This document shows positions 27,341-38,768 of a stretch of DNA of 64,000 bases, one piece after another. The stretch lies in the NCBI RefSeq assembly GCF_009914755.1, contig NC_060926.1; one strand, given 5' to 3'. Under the pieces are notes generated by a model. It was not told the DNA's origin. It searched no databases and saw only the letters and a program-made list of their open reading frames with translations. Each line of letters begins with the position of its first letter. The stretch's first letter is position 1. Position numbers and translations under genes: made by a program. This DNA is from the human T2T-CHM13v2.0 reference genome, Homo sapiens.

Positions 27341-27699
27341 TGATATGGTTTGGCTGTGTCCCCACCCAAATCTCATCTTGAATTGTAGTTTCCATAATTC
27401 CCATGTGTTGTGGAAGGGGCCTGGTGGGAGATAACTGAATCATGGGGGCAGTTTCCCCCATATACTGTTCTCATGGTACCGAATAAGTCTCATGAGATCT
27501 GATGGTTTTATAAGGGGAAGCCCTTTTTTGCTTTGCTCTCATTCTCTCTCTTGCCTGCTGCGATGTAAGACATGCCTTTTGCCATGATTGTGAGGCCTCC
27601 CTGGCCACGTGTAACTGTTAGTCCGTTAAATCTCTTTTCCTTTATAAATTACCCAGTCTCAGGTATGTCTTTAACACAGCTTAAAAATGGACTAATACA
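27341..27699 (+). mobile_element. THE1B 5' LTR
   Basis: tgatatggtttggctgtgtccccacccaaatctcatcttg...ggactaataca. Confidence 0.95.
27596..27608 (+). promoter_or_regulatory. PRDM9 (A allele) recombination-hotspot motif CCTCCCTNNCCAC
   Basis: Exact CCTCCCTGGCCAC at the canonical THE1B position. Binding is inferred, not shown. Confidence 0.75.
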
Positions 27700-29265
27700 G
27701 TAAATTGGCACTGGGAGAGTAGGGTGCTGCTGTAAAGATACCCAAAAATGTGAAAGCGACTTTGGAACTGGGTGACAGGCAGAGGTTGGAACCGTTTGGA
27801 GGGCTTAGAAGAAGATACAAAAATGTGGGAAAGTTTGGAACTTCCTAGAGACTTGTTGAATGGCTTTGATCAAAATGCTGATAATGATGTGGACACTGAA
27901 ATCCAGGTTGAGGTTGTCTCAGATGGAGATGAGGAACTTGTTGAGAACTAGAGTAAAGGTAACTATTACTATGTTTTAGCAAGGAGACTGGTGACATTTT
28001 GCCCCTGCCCTGGAGATTTGTGGGACTTTGAACTTGAGGGAGATGATTTAGTGTATCTGATGGAAGACATTTCTAAGCAGCAAAACATTTAAGACATGAC
28101 TTAGGTGCTGTTAAAAGCATTCAGTTTTAAAAGGGAAACAGAGCATAAAAGTTTGGAAAATTTGCAGCCTTATGAAGAAAGAAAAACCCATTTTCTGAGG
28201 AGAAATTCAAGCCAGCTGCAGAAATTTGCATAAGTAAAGAGGAGCCAAATGTTAATTGCCAAGACAATGGGGAAAATGTCTCCAGGGGATTTCACAGAAC
28301 TTTGTGGCAGCCCCTCTCATTGCAGGCCCATAGGCCTAGGAATTAAAAATGGTCGGCTGGGCCCATGGCCCCCCTGCTATGTGCAGGCTAGGGAGTTGGT
28401 GCTCTGTGTCCCAGCAACTCTAGCCATGGCTAAAAGGGGCCAAGGTACAAATTGGGCTGTGGCTTCAGTGGGTGCAAGCCCCAAGCCTTGGCAGTTTCCA
28501 CGTGGTGTTGAGCCTGTGGGTGCACAGAAGTCAAGAATTGAGGTTTGAGAACCTCAACTTAGATTTCAGAGAATGCATGGAAATGCCTGGATGCCCAGGC
28601 AGAAGCCTGCTGCATGGATGGAGACCTCATGAGAACCTCTGCTAGAGCAGCGCAGAAGAAAAATGTGGGGTTAGAGCCCCCACACAGAGTTCTCACTGGG
28701 GCACTGCCTAGTGGAGCTGAGAGAAGAAGACCATCATCCTCCAGACCCCAGAATGGTAGATCCACTGACAGCTTGCCCTGTGCACCTGGAAACGCTGCAT
28801 ACACTCAACACTAGGCCGTGAAAGCAGCCAAGAGGGAGGCTGTCACTGCAAAGCAACAGGGGCAGAGCTGCCCAAGGCCATGGGAACCCACCTCTTGTGT
28901 CACCATGACCTGGATGTGAGACATGGAGTCAAAGGAGATCATTTTGGAGCTTTAAGATTTTACTGCCCCACTGGATTTTGGATTTGCGTGGGGCCTGTAC
29001 CCCCTTTGTTTTGACCAATTTCTCCCATTTGGAATGGCTGTATTTACCCAATGCCTGTACCTCTATTGTATCCAGGAAGAAACTAACTTGCTTTTGATTT
29101 TACAGGCTCATAGATGGAAGGGACTTGCCTTGTCTCCGATGAGACTTTGGACTCTGGGCTTCTGAGTTAATGCTGAAATGAGTTAAGACTTTAGGGAACT
29201 GTTAGGAAGGCATGATTGGTTTTGAAACGTGAGAACATGAGATTTGGGAGGGTCCAGGGGTGGAA

Positions 29266-29625
29266 TGATATGGTTGGGCTATGTCCTCACCGAAATCTCA
29301 TCTTGAATTGTACCTCCTGTAATTCTCATGTGTTATTGGAGGAACTTGGTGGGAGATAATTAAATAATGGGGGCTGTTTCCCCCATACTGTTCTCATGGT
29401 AGTGAATAAGTCTCATGAGACCTGATGGTTTTATAAGTGAAAACCTCTTTTGCTTGGCTCTCATTCTCTCCTGTCTGCTGCCAAGTAAGACATGCCTTTC
29501 ACCTTCTGCCATGATTGTGAGGCCTTCTCAGCCACGTGGAACTGTGAGTACATTAAAATTCTTTTCCTTTATAATTACCCAGTCTTGGGTTGTCTTTGTC
29601 AGCAGTGTGGAAACTGACTAATAAA
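29266..29625 (+). mobile_element. THE1B 3' LTR
   Basis: tgatatggttgggctatgtcctcacc...actgactaataaa, preceded by the purine tract 'aggggtggaa'. Confidence 0.95.
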
Positions 29626-30352
29626 ATAGCTTCTTGGAAATAATGATCTGAAAATCTATATTTTGTATATTTCAAGTGTTTTAACATGATTTAATTAATG
29701 TTGAAGGTTGTAGAGGCACTTAAAATTAATATTATGAATAAGAGTATTTGTTGATTTGAAAATATTTAGGCTTATACACTATTGAAAAAGTATTGGCACT
29801 GTAGCAAATGTTAGAGAAGATTATGTCAGTTGTATTATTCTTCTCCCAGTGATTGATAATAATTAAAGGATTAATAATTGGGCAGGTTGAGTAGACAAGT
29901 CTGCATATTGATATTTTTCAGTAAATTATAGTGTTCCTTGAAAAGGTAAATTATTTTTTATATATTCTTGAGTCTTAGTTATCACATATCATATGTTATC
30001 ACCAAACAAGAAAACTATTTTCATGAATGAACACTGGTCTTATGGTTACGCAAAGTAAATAGATAGATAGATTATAGAACATATTTTTGTTTGGGATATT
30101 TCTTCCTTAAGAAATTTCTTTTCTCTGCATAGAAATAATGTGGAATAAACATATCACTTAATCACATTAAATCAATTCTAATAAGCTGTTTAGGTTGTTT
30201 TAAATATATATTCTGGTAAATATAATTAGCATCCCTAGAAATAGTAGAGGAAAATGAAAGGTATTTTTCAATAAGCAATAAGCTTATATATGAAAATAAT
30301 AAAAGTTCTCAAACAGTGAGTTTAATACTGGCAGTTGCTCAAAAGCAGGTGA

Positions 30353-30565
30353 GAGTAATAGTAGCTAACAGTTGCTGGGTACTTAGTATTCACCAAGCAC
30401 TTTATTGTATTTGTATATCTACACCCTCCTAATGAAGCAAGAACTATTATTATCCCCATTGCATTGATGGCAACTGAAGCTCAGAAAAGGGCACATTGCT
30501 AACAGTAGCACAGGGATTTCATCTTAAATCTCTTTTACTTCAAAGTGTGGCTTTTCACCTCTATG
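30353..30565 (-). mobile_element. MIR SINE
   Basis: 'taatagtagctaaca...actattattatccccatt...gatggcaactgaagctcagaaa'. Confidence 0.75.
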
Positions 30566-30652
30566 CTTTAATAACATTGACAATCAAAACCGATATGGGT
30601 TTCTACACAGATTTACTTTTTACTTGAGAACAATATTGAATAAAATCTGGAA

Positions 30653-30654
<2 letters not shown>

Positions 30655-30694
<40 letters not shown>
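30655..30694. repeat. (TG)20 microsatellite
   Basis: Perfect dinucleotide run of 40 bp. Confidence 0.98.
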
Positions 30695-30695
<1 letters not shown>

Positions 30696-30959
30696 TAGCC
30701 CTTAACCAATAATAAACATCTTTTCTCTTTAAAGCACAAAACCCAAAAGAAAATATAAAATAAACAACTCAGATTGTAGAGAACAGGAATATAGCCCTTG
30801 ATCCAAAAGAATCATATTATGTTATATGAAAATAAAGTTTGGATAATATTACCTGTTTCTGTGGCAGATAATTTTGCTTTATCAGTATAATAGTTAACAT
30901 TAAATTCTGACAATATATTTGGAATAAATAAAATATAAATTAAAAATATAAAAATGCAA

Positions 30960-33055
30960 GGATGATAAGGAAGAAGACAAGGATGCCCACTCTCTCTACT
31001 GCTATTCCATATAACACTGAGAGTCCTAGCCAAAGCAATTCACCAAGGAAAAGAAAAAGGGCATCCAAATTGCAAAGAATAATGTAAAATGGTCTTTGTT
31101 TACAGATGACATAATCCTATATATATATATATAACTCTAAAGAATTCACCAAAACTAATGAGCAAATTCACTAAAATTGCAGGATATCAAATCAACATAC
31201 AAAAATTACTTGAGTTTCTACACTCTAATGATGAATAAGTTAAGAAAACAATTCTGTTTACAGTAGCATCTAAAAGAATAAAATACTTGTAAATAAACTT
31301 AAACAAGGAGGTAAAAGTTCTATATACTGAACACATAAAACATGGATAAAAGAAATTATAGAAGACACAAATAAGTGAAATAATAAAGTGTCAAAATGTC
31401 AATACTACCAACTGATAGTTATAAGATAAACAAGTCCTGAGGCTCTCATGTAAAGCATGGGTGATGATGAATGTGTTAATTGATATTATTGTGATAAACA
31501 TCAAACAATGTATATGTATATCAAATCATCACACTATATAGCTGACTATATATAATCTTTGTCAACTAAATATTTTTTTAAAGTCCATACTACCCAAAGT
31601 GATCTACAGATTCAATGCAATCCCTATCAAAATTTGAATGGCATTTTTCTCACAGGTAAAAAAATTCCTAAAATCCATATGGAGCCACAAAAGTTTCTAA
31701 TTAGCTAAAGCAACCTTGAGTAAGAAAAAATGAAACTGAAGGCATCACATTACCTGACTTCAAAGTATACTACAAAGCTATGGTAATCAAAACAACATGG
31801 TAGTGGCATAAAAAGAGACATATAGATCAATAGAACAGAATAGAAAGCCAAGAAATAAACCCATGTATATAAGACAAACTAATCTTCAGCAAAAGCTCCA
31901 AGAATACACAAAATGGATTAAAGACTTAGACATAAGACCTGAAACAGTAAAATTCCTACAAGAAAACATCAGGGAACAGCTGTATGACATCAATCTTGGC
32001 ATCTTGGCAATTATTTTTTGGATAGAACACCAAAAGCACAGGCAACAAAAGTCAGATAAACACGTGGAATTACATCAAACAAAAAAGTTTCTACAGAGCA
32101 AATGAAACAATCAACAAAGTGAAAAGCAACATATGGAGTGGGAGAAAATATTTGCCAGCCACGTATATGAGAAGGGGTTAATATTCAAAATATATAAGGA
32201 ACTCTACAACTCAATAGCAAAAATCAAAAACAAACCCCCCAAAAAACTCAATCAAAATATGGGCAAAGGCCATCATTTATTCCAAAGCTTACATCTAAAT
32301 GGTCAACAGTTATATGAAAAGGTGATTAACATCACTAATCAGGGACATGCAAATGAAAAACACAATGAGTATCACCTCACGTCTGCTGGGATGGCTATTA
32401 TAAAAAAGTCAAAAGATAAGTGTTGCCAGGGATGTGGGGAAAAGGGAACTCTTATAGACTGTTGGTGGAAACTTAATTTGGTGCAGACATTATGGAAAAA
32501 TAGTATGGTGGTTCCTAAAAAAATAAAAATGAACTACTATATGATCCATCAATCTATTCTTCTGGGTATATACCAGAGGAAATTAAACCACCACCTCATA
32601 AACTATCTGCACTTCCATGTTCATTACAGCATTATTCACAGTAGACAAGGCATGGAAACAACTGAAGTGTCCATCAACAGGTGAATGGATAAAGAAATTG
32701 TGATACACATAAACACAATGAAATATTTTTTTCAGCCTTAAAAAGAAGAAAATCTTGCCATTTGCAACAATATGGATGAACCTTGAGACAATTATGCCTA
32801 GTGAAATAAGCTATACACAGACAAATACTATATAATCTCATATGTGGAATCTAAAGAGTCAAACTCATGGAAACTAAGAGCAGAGTGTGATTATGGAGTG
32901 GGGAGAGATACTGAGGAAATGGGGAGATGTTGGTCAAAGAGTACAAATTTTGGTTTATAAGATGAATAAGTTCTAGAGACAAAATGTACAGCATCGTGAG
33001 TATACTTAATAATAATGTATTGTATACGTGAAACTTGCTAAGACAGAGTAAATCA
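30960..33055 (+). mobile_element. 5'-truncated L1 (L1MA-type): ORF2 remnant plus 3' UTR
   Basis: Degenerate ORF2 motifs: 'agacaaggatgcccactctctc' (RQGCPLS), 'ctttgtttacagatgacata' (LFADD-like), and ORF-track WIKDLDIRPETVKFLQENI and MEWEKIFASH. The 3' UTR is L1MA-type. Multiple stops and frameshifts are present. Confidence 0.92.
31410..31582 (+). mobile_element. Short L1M 3'-UTR fragment nested inside the L1 ORF2 remnant
   Basis: L1MA/MB-like terminal sequence interrupts ORF2, flanked by gtc(a/c)atactacc at 31398-31409 and 31583-31594. Confidence 0.75.
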
Positions 33056-34098
33056 CAAGATTTGCCTAGTGTTATTTAGTAAGCAAAATGAAAATAAATG
33101 AATCAATTCAATATATGGTTAAGTTAGTATATTTTGCTAAAAGAATATATACTAATATTAGTCACTGGATATAACCATAAAGGAAATAATTTTGTAGCTT
33201 TGTTCAAGTTGTTAACAATCTGAAAAGATTGACAAAACAGCTAAATAATTTTATTTAAAATGTAACTACTTGTATTTTAAAAAGTATTCTCTGAGAGCTG
33301 GTCTGAATCTTTGTGAGATGTGAGACCTATGTATTAGAAATCTTTTTATATAAATTAAGACTGCTGCCTTTGTCATGACGTAAGAAATTAAAGAATCAAG
33401 ATCAGGATTATTAAAAATGCTAAATCTCAGTGCATCATGTTACTTATGATTGCTGATAAGAGTTCGTAAACCTTTTAAGCAAGAGATCAAACATCTATGG
33501 CTCAATAGTCATTCAGAACAATGACATTTATATAGCTATTTTTTCAAAAACGTATTTTTCTTATTTTCATTGTTATCTAACAGCACCATTTTAATAAGTA
33601 CTGCTGTATATATTTTCAATAGATGTTTGATATTTGTAATGTTTTTGACCAATTATTTTCTTGACAAATGATACCTTAAAATGTGATTACTGATAGATGG
33701 AGGCTATAACAGAATGTCTGTAATCAGATGTAGTAAAAAGACTGTTTCAGAAATCTTCCAAAAGCACAGTGCTCTCTCAGAGTTATGAATAGCTACCTTT
33801 AAGGATAATTTTCAGAAACTATACGTGATACTAGAATTTATTTCTGAGACCTATAATCAACTCAATGATAAGTAGACTTAAAATTATTTAATATCATACT
33901 GGTATATACTGTTATGTGCTCACATAAATTTGGCATAAAAATTTAAAATACTGGTAGTAGGTTAACTACTAGGTAGAAGTAAAAGATTCCTCAAGTGAGT
34001 AAGATGGTAATTTATTTAATGGGATCCAAATAGAACACTGGGGAAAGGAAAAACAATGAGTGAGAAGTACTTAAGTTAAAAAGAAAATTTTTTGTTTC

Positions 34099-34623
34099 TG
34101 AGGAAGGAGAATAGGGTCTGGAGGCAGAGAACCTAAGGCTGATTAAGGCTAGCTTCCTAGAACTCCAAACTCCAAAATGAAAACTCCAACTTTCCATGCC
34201 CAAGTAACAAAAGGACCATACGTGACTCTTTTTCCACCTCCCCACCCCCCACTTTTCTGCATGGCAGATGAAAGGACCTCTGATTGGTTTCTATCTCACA
34301 ACCAATCAGACTGGTCCCAGGCCAAGTCTTCATTTGCATAGAAGTATAACTTTGTAACATCACTTCAGCCTCTGATTGCTGATCACTATTTCATTTACAT
34401 AGGGTGTACACTAAGTAACCAATGGGAAACCTCTAGAGGGTGTTTAAACCCCAGAAAATTCTATAACCAGTGCTCTTGAACCACTTGCTCAAGCCCGCTC
34501 CCACTCTGTGGAGTGTACTTTTGTTTCAATAAATCGGTGCTTTTCTTTCATTGCTTTGTTTGTGGGCTTTACCTAATTCTTTGTTCCAAATGCCAAGAAT
34601 CTGGATACCCTCCACTGGTAACA
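34099..34623 (+). mobile_element. ERV1 solo LTR, MER51-like
   Basis: TG...CA termini ('tgaggaaggagaatagggtctggaggcagagaacctaagg' ... 'ccactggtaaca'), CCAAT boxes, octamer ATTTGCAT (34332-34339) and an AATAAA. Confidence 0.85.
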
Positions 34624-35635
34624 GTTCCATTAATTAAAAAAAAAAATAGATTTGGAATAAAATTAATCTACTTGAGAGACATTTGTTTTTATTTCCTTAT
34701 GATTTACTCCATAAAGGTAATGACTTTCAGTCTCAATTTTGTAAGCTTCTCAGTGATGTTCTAATCAAAATGGAAGTTTTTTTAGCAAGAATTTTAGACT
34801 AGAGATTTTTTGGTAACAGATGGATATGCCAACAGATGTGTTTGATCCTCTTCAATTGACTACCTACAGCAACTGCCAGTTTTTGAGAGTTCTGTAAGGA
34901 TTGTGTTTCTAACAGGCAACCACTTTGCAGTAAAAATTTTGGGAATGATGTAACTACTCCTCCATAATAGCTCTAAAAGAATCAAAGTTTCGACAGAGAA
35001 AATTGCTTTGTCTTTAAAAAGTATATATAAGTCATAGTGTGACAAAATGAATTTCCCCTTTCTCCAGCTCTGAAGTGCCCTCCTTGTGTGTTCAGAAATG
35101 CCTCTATGGGTGATGTGAAGTGTACAGTAAACAGTGAAGAGATACTTGCCGGTTTAATTACAGAAGTTGTCTCAGGAACTGAGAGTGTATTCAGCACACC
35201 TAAATATGAAGGCAGTTTTCAGCTTTTAAAAAATTATAACAATTTGCTACCTGACAAGACAAATTCCTTGAAGACCAAATTTCTTTGTACAGCAGATGTA
35301 AAATGTCCATAAAGTAAGTAAATCTGAGCTAGACCTGAGCTGTCCAGATATGAAAATACTTTATATGTAGATTTCCACCTGAGGTCCCATATAATTTTCA
35401 TAGCCCTTTATTCTGATGCCAATTTCAGAAAGTAATTCACATACATATTTTAAATATATACCAATATTATTGTTATATATTTTACCAAATTATTTAGAAA
35501 ATAGGTAAGCATACTACTTGACAATACAAGTTCTGAATTGGTGAAAATGTCTCTACTTTATTCTCAGAGCTTATAAATATACCTTTAATAAATACATATT
35601 TATTGTTTTGAATGTTTAATCTCTGCTTTTGTTTC

Positions 35636-36480
35636 TAGCAGTCAGAAAACTTTTTCTGTAAGAAGCCAATGAATAAATATTTTAGGCTTTGTGGGCCAAG
35701 GGGCAAAATCAAGTATGTTGTCCAACTACTTATGTGACAAGATACCAAACTAATTTTCACAAATTTGTTATTGATAAAATCCAAAATATAATAGTAAAAA
35801 TGGAGTGAATATTGTGTAATACAAATCTACTAGTGAGAAAATGAAATTCTTTGGGGAGTATATAACATTTTGCATAATTGAGGTTCAAAGTTAGTATTCT
35901 TTATCATTGAAATTAATTGCAAATGTTCTTCTGTAATAAGATTTTGTTTCTTACATCTTTGAATATGTTTTTCCAACCAGATAGGTAGTGCTAAAGACTT
36001 ACATAAATTCATGAGCATATGATTTTAGTTGAGTATATTTGTCACTTGGAAGGAATTCATAGAATTCCACTAGATTCATCTCTCAATATATGCCTTTTAG
36101 CATGTCTTTAAATTGTAGACCAATGACTTCCAATTGAAAGTTAAGTGGAAGCCCACAATCACACAGTTATATGCATTTTAAAATAGAAAAATTTCCTTTG
36201 CATTTACTTTGGGGTTTCACCTCAGACAATACATCCCTCATAAATCTGTGTGAGAATGGAGGTTTCATTTCCTGCTTTAACTTTGACAGTACAGGGAGGG
36301 AGTTTGTTTCTAACGCAGCTTGATATTACTTGTGATTCAAACAATGTCATCTGTCCTCTAAATGAATTGACAGCAGTGTAGTTTTCACATGTAGGTGTTG
36401 TATGCCTTCAATCGTAGGTGGAATTTATTAAGAAACATTATCAACTTTGCTGCAACAGCTAATTTTTAAAGCCAACCTGG
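35636..36480 (-). mobile_element. hAT-Charlie DNA transposon fragment (Cheshire/MER58 family)
   Basis: MER58-type end 'aactttttctgtaagaagcc...taaatattttaggctttgtgggcc' followed by Cheshire-like internal sequence. The right boundary is approximate. Confidence 0.7.
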
Positions 36481-36586
36481 GTTAAATTACAGTGGCTGAG
36501 CCCTGAACTTGGTCCTGAGTAATTTCTGGACCCTGTTCTAGAGAATAACACAGGAAATTGCTTAAACTGCTCTCTAGTAAATATTA

Positions 36587-37238
36587 TGATAGGAAAAACT
36601 GAAATAGACATCTCTTTATCAATTAAGATGGTCCCTAAGTTAAGGAAACAAAAGTTTCCTATGGGTCAAGGCTCAGGGCTTGGCTGGTAGGGCAAATTTC
36701 CAAATTTCTACCACCATAAGACAAACCACAGCCCTGCTAAATACCCTAACAGTAGGAGCTATTAGGCTGATTTACTACCCAGACCACTACAACCCTGACT
36801 GAACAGAGGACTGGCCTTACATTTTTTTTCTGAAAAGCTATGGCAGACCTTAAGCCAGTTTCAGCCAGTTTGTAGAGGCTGCACACAAACTGTCTTTGGG
36901 TCTTATAGTTCACCTTTTCATGGAAAGAGCGAAATTCCACCTCTTTTAATGCTCAAACCCCACCCCACAGTGAACATGGGATGTACATTACATGCATGTT
37001 TACCTATTGTGCGTGTGCTCAACACTGCTCATAAATATATACAGCTTTTCCCCTAAACCTGTTGAATATGTATGATACTGGCCCTGTGAGGCATAAAATC
37101 CAACTTGTTCTTCCCCTCTCTGAAGAGAGAGCACCTTTGTGCCTTGTGGAGACTTTCTCTTCCCAGCTTGGAAATTGATAACGCCAATAAAACTCTCCTT
37201 TCTACCAATTTACCATCCTTGTGGTCTTTTGGGTGACA
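36587..37238 (+). mobile_element. ERV1 solo LTR, MER39-like
   Basis: TG...CA termini, 'aagatggtccctaagttaaggaaacaaaagtttcctatgggtc', TATA-like 'cataaaa', AATAAA near 37186, ending 'tgggtgaca'. Confidence 0.7.
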
Positions 37239-37311
37239 ATGCTTGTTTCTATTTGCCTTGAGCAAAATGTAGAGATCTGTTATAGTATCCACTCTTTCAT
37301 AAATTTATTGA

Positions 37312-37610
<299 letters not shown>

Positions 37611-38091
37611 TGAACAAACATTTTTCTAGGGGCCTACTATGTACCTGAACTCTACTAAGTATCAGAGAAGAGGAAAAACAAAACAAAAGAAAACAAAAAA
37701 AACAAACATACACCGAGTCTAGTGGGGGAAGGAGACATGTTAGCAGGTAATTCTAACAACACAATCAGCGCTAAGAAGATAGAAGCAAAATGTGCTATAA
37801 AGCAGAGGACAGAACCAAATAATTGTAATTTGTCAGATGCCATAGTTTGAAAAGAAACTCCAGATGAGAGGATATCTGGTCTCGGTCATAACAACTATGT
37901 AGAAGTTTCTTAGGTCAGGAAAGGAAATTCTGGACAGAGGTCACTTTGTACATAAAGAGCTAGAGGCAGGAAAAGTCCATTGTGAGCCTAGAGAAGGGAG
38001 AGCCAGTGGAGACAAAGTAGAAGGAGGGGAAGGAGGAGGTGGAAGGACCAGGCTATAGGGGCAAGATAAGGCTAAACTGGAGTGGTCTTTG

Positions 38092-38255
38092 GAACTAGGG
38101 CTTCAGCTTTTAAATGAAAATATATCATCTGGGTGATCTTAAAATTTAAATTCTGATTCAGTTGGTCATGGCTGGGCCTGCCATTCTGCCTCTGAAAGGA
38201 GACTGCAGGTGATGGTAATACTGCTGGTTTTAGGATCACACCTGAATAGCAAGAT
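38092..38255. mobile_element. MER5-family hAT MITE
   Basis: 'atcatctgggtgatctt...aattctgattcagttggtc...caggtgatggtaatactgctggttttaggatcacac...gaatagcaag'. Confidence 0.7.
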
Positions 38256-38494
38256 TCCACACCACACTAAGGGTTTTAGCTCTCATCTGGTCATGGATTA
38301 GACAGTTGTCATTTTTCTAGCAGAACAGTAACACAATCAAATTTTGGAATTACAAAGATAAACTCATAGCTCAATGGAGTATAAACTGCCTGTAGGAAAC
38401 AACAAGCATAGGAGAGAATTGCTGAGAGAAACTTCTCAGAAAAGAAGATTCAGCAAAAAAAATTCTTACAGCATTTATCTTCAGGAAAGAAATG

Positions 38495-38768
38495 CTGGAT
38501 GGATAAGGAGTACAAAATTACAGTTAAATATTAGGATTACATTTTAGTGTTCTATAGCATAATAGAGTGACTTTAGTTAACAATAATTTATTGTACATTT
38601 TAAAATAGCTGGAAGAGAGAATTTTGAATATTCCCAACTCAAAGAAATAATAAATATTTCAGGTGATGAATATGCCAATTACTATAATTTGATCATTACA
38701 CTTTATAAACATATCAAGGTGTCATATGTGCCCCATATATATACATAATTATTATTTGTCAAAAAAAC
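38495..38768 (+). mobile_element. L1MA-type LINE-1 3' end
   Basis: 'gtacaaaattacagtta...gtgactttagttaacaataatttattgtacattttaaaatagctggaagagag...ggtgatgaatatgccaattac'. Confidence 0.85.

Larger units (their letters stand above)
27341..29625 (+). mobile_element. Full-length THE1B MaLR element (LTR-internal-LTR)
   Basis: Two LTRs start TGATATGGTT and end 'ctaata(c/a)a', with a ~1.57-kb THE1 internal region between them. The near-perfect 5-bp TSD is atagt (27336-27340) / atagc (29626-29630). Confidence 0.95.

Noticed and set aside
28249-28814. ORFs of 66-99 aa
   Set aside because: They lie within the THE1 internal region and are decayed MaLR sequence.
31863-32684. 80-aa and 183-aa ORFs
   Set aside because: They are frameshifted remnants of L1 ORF2, not a host gene.
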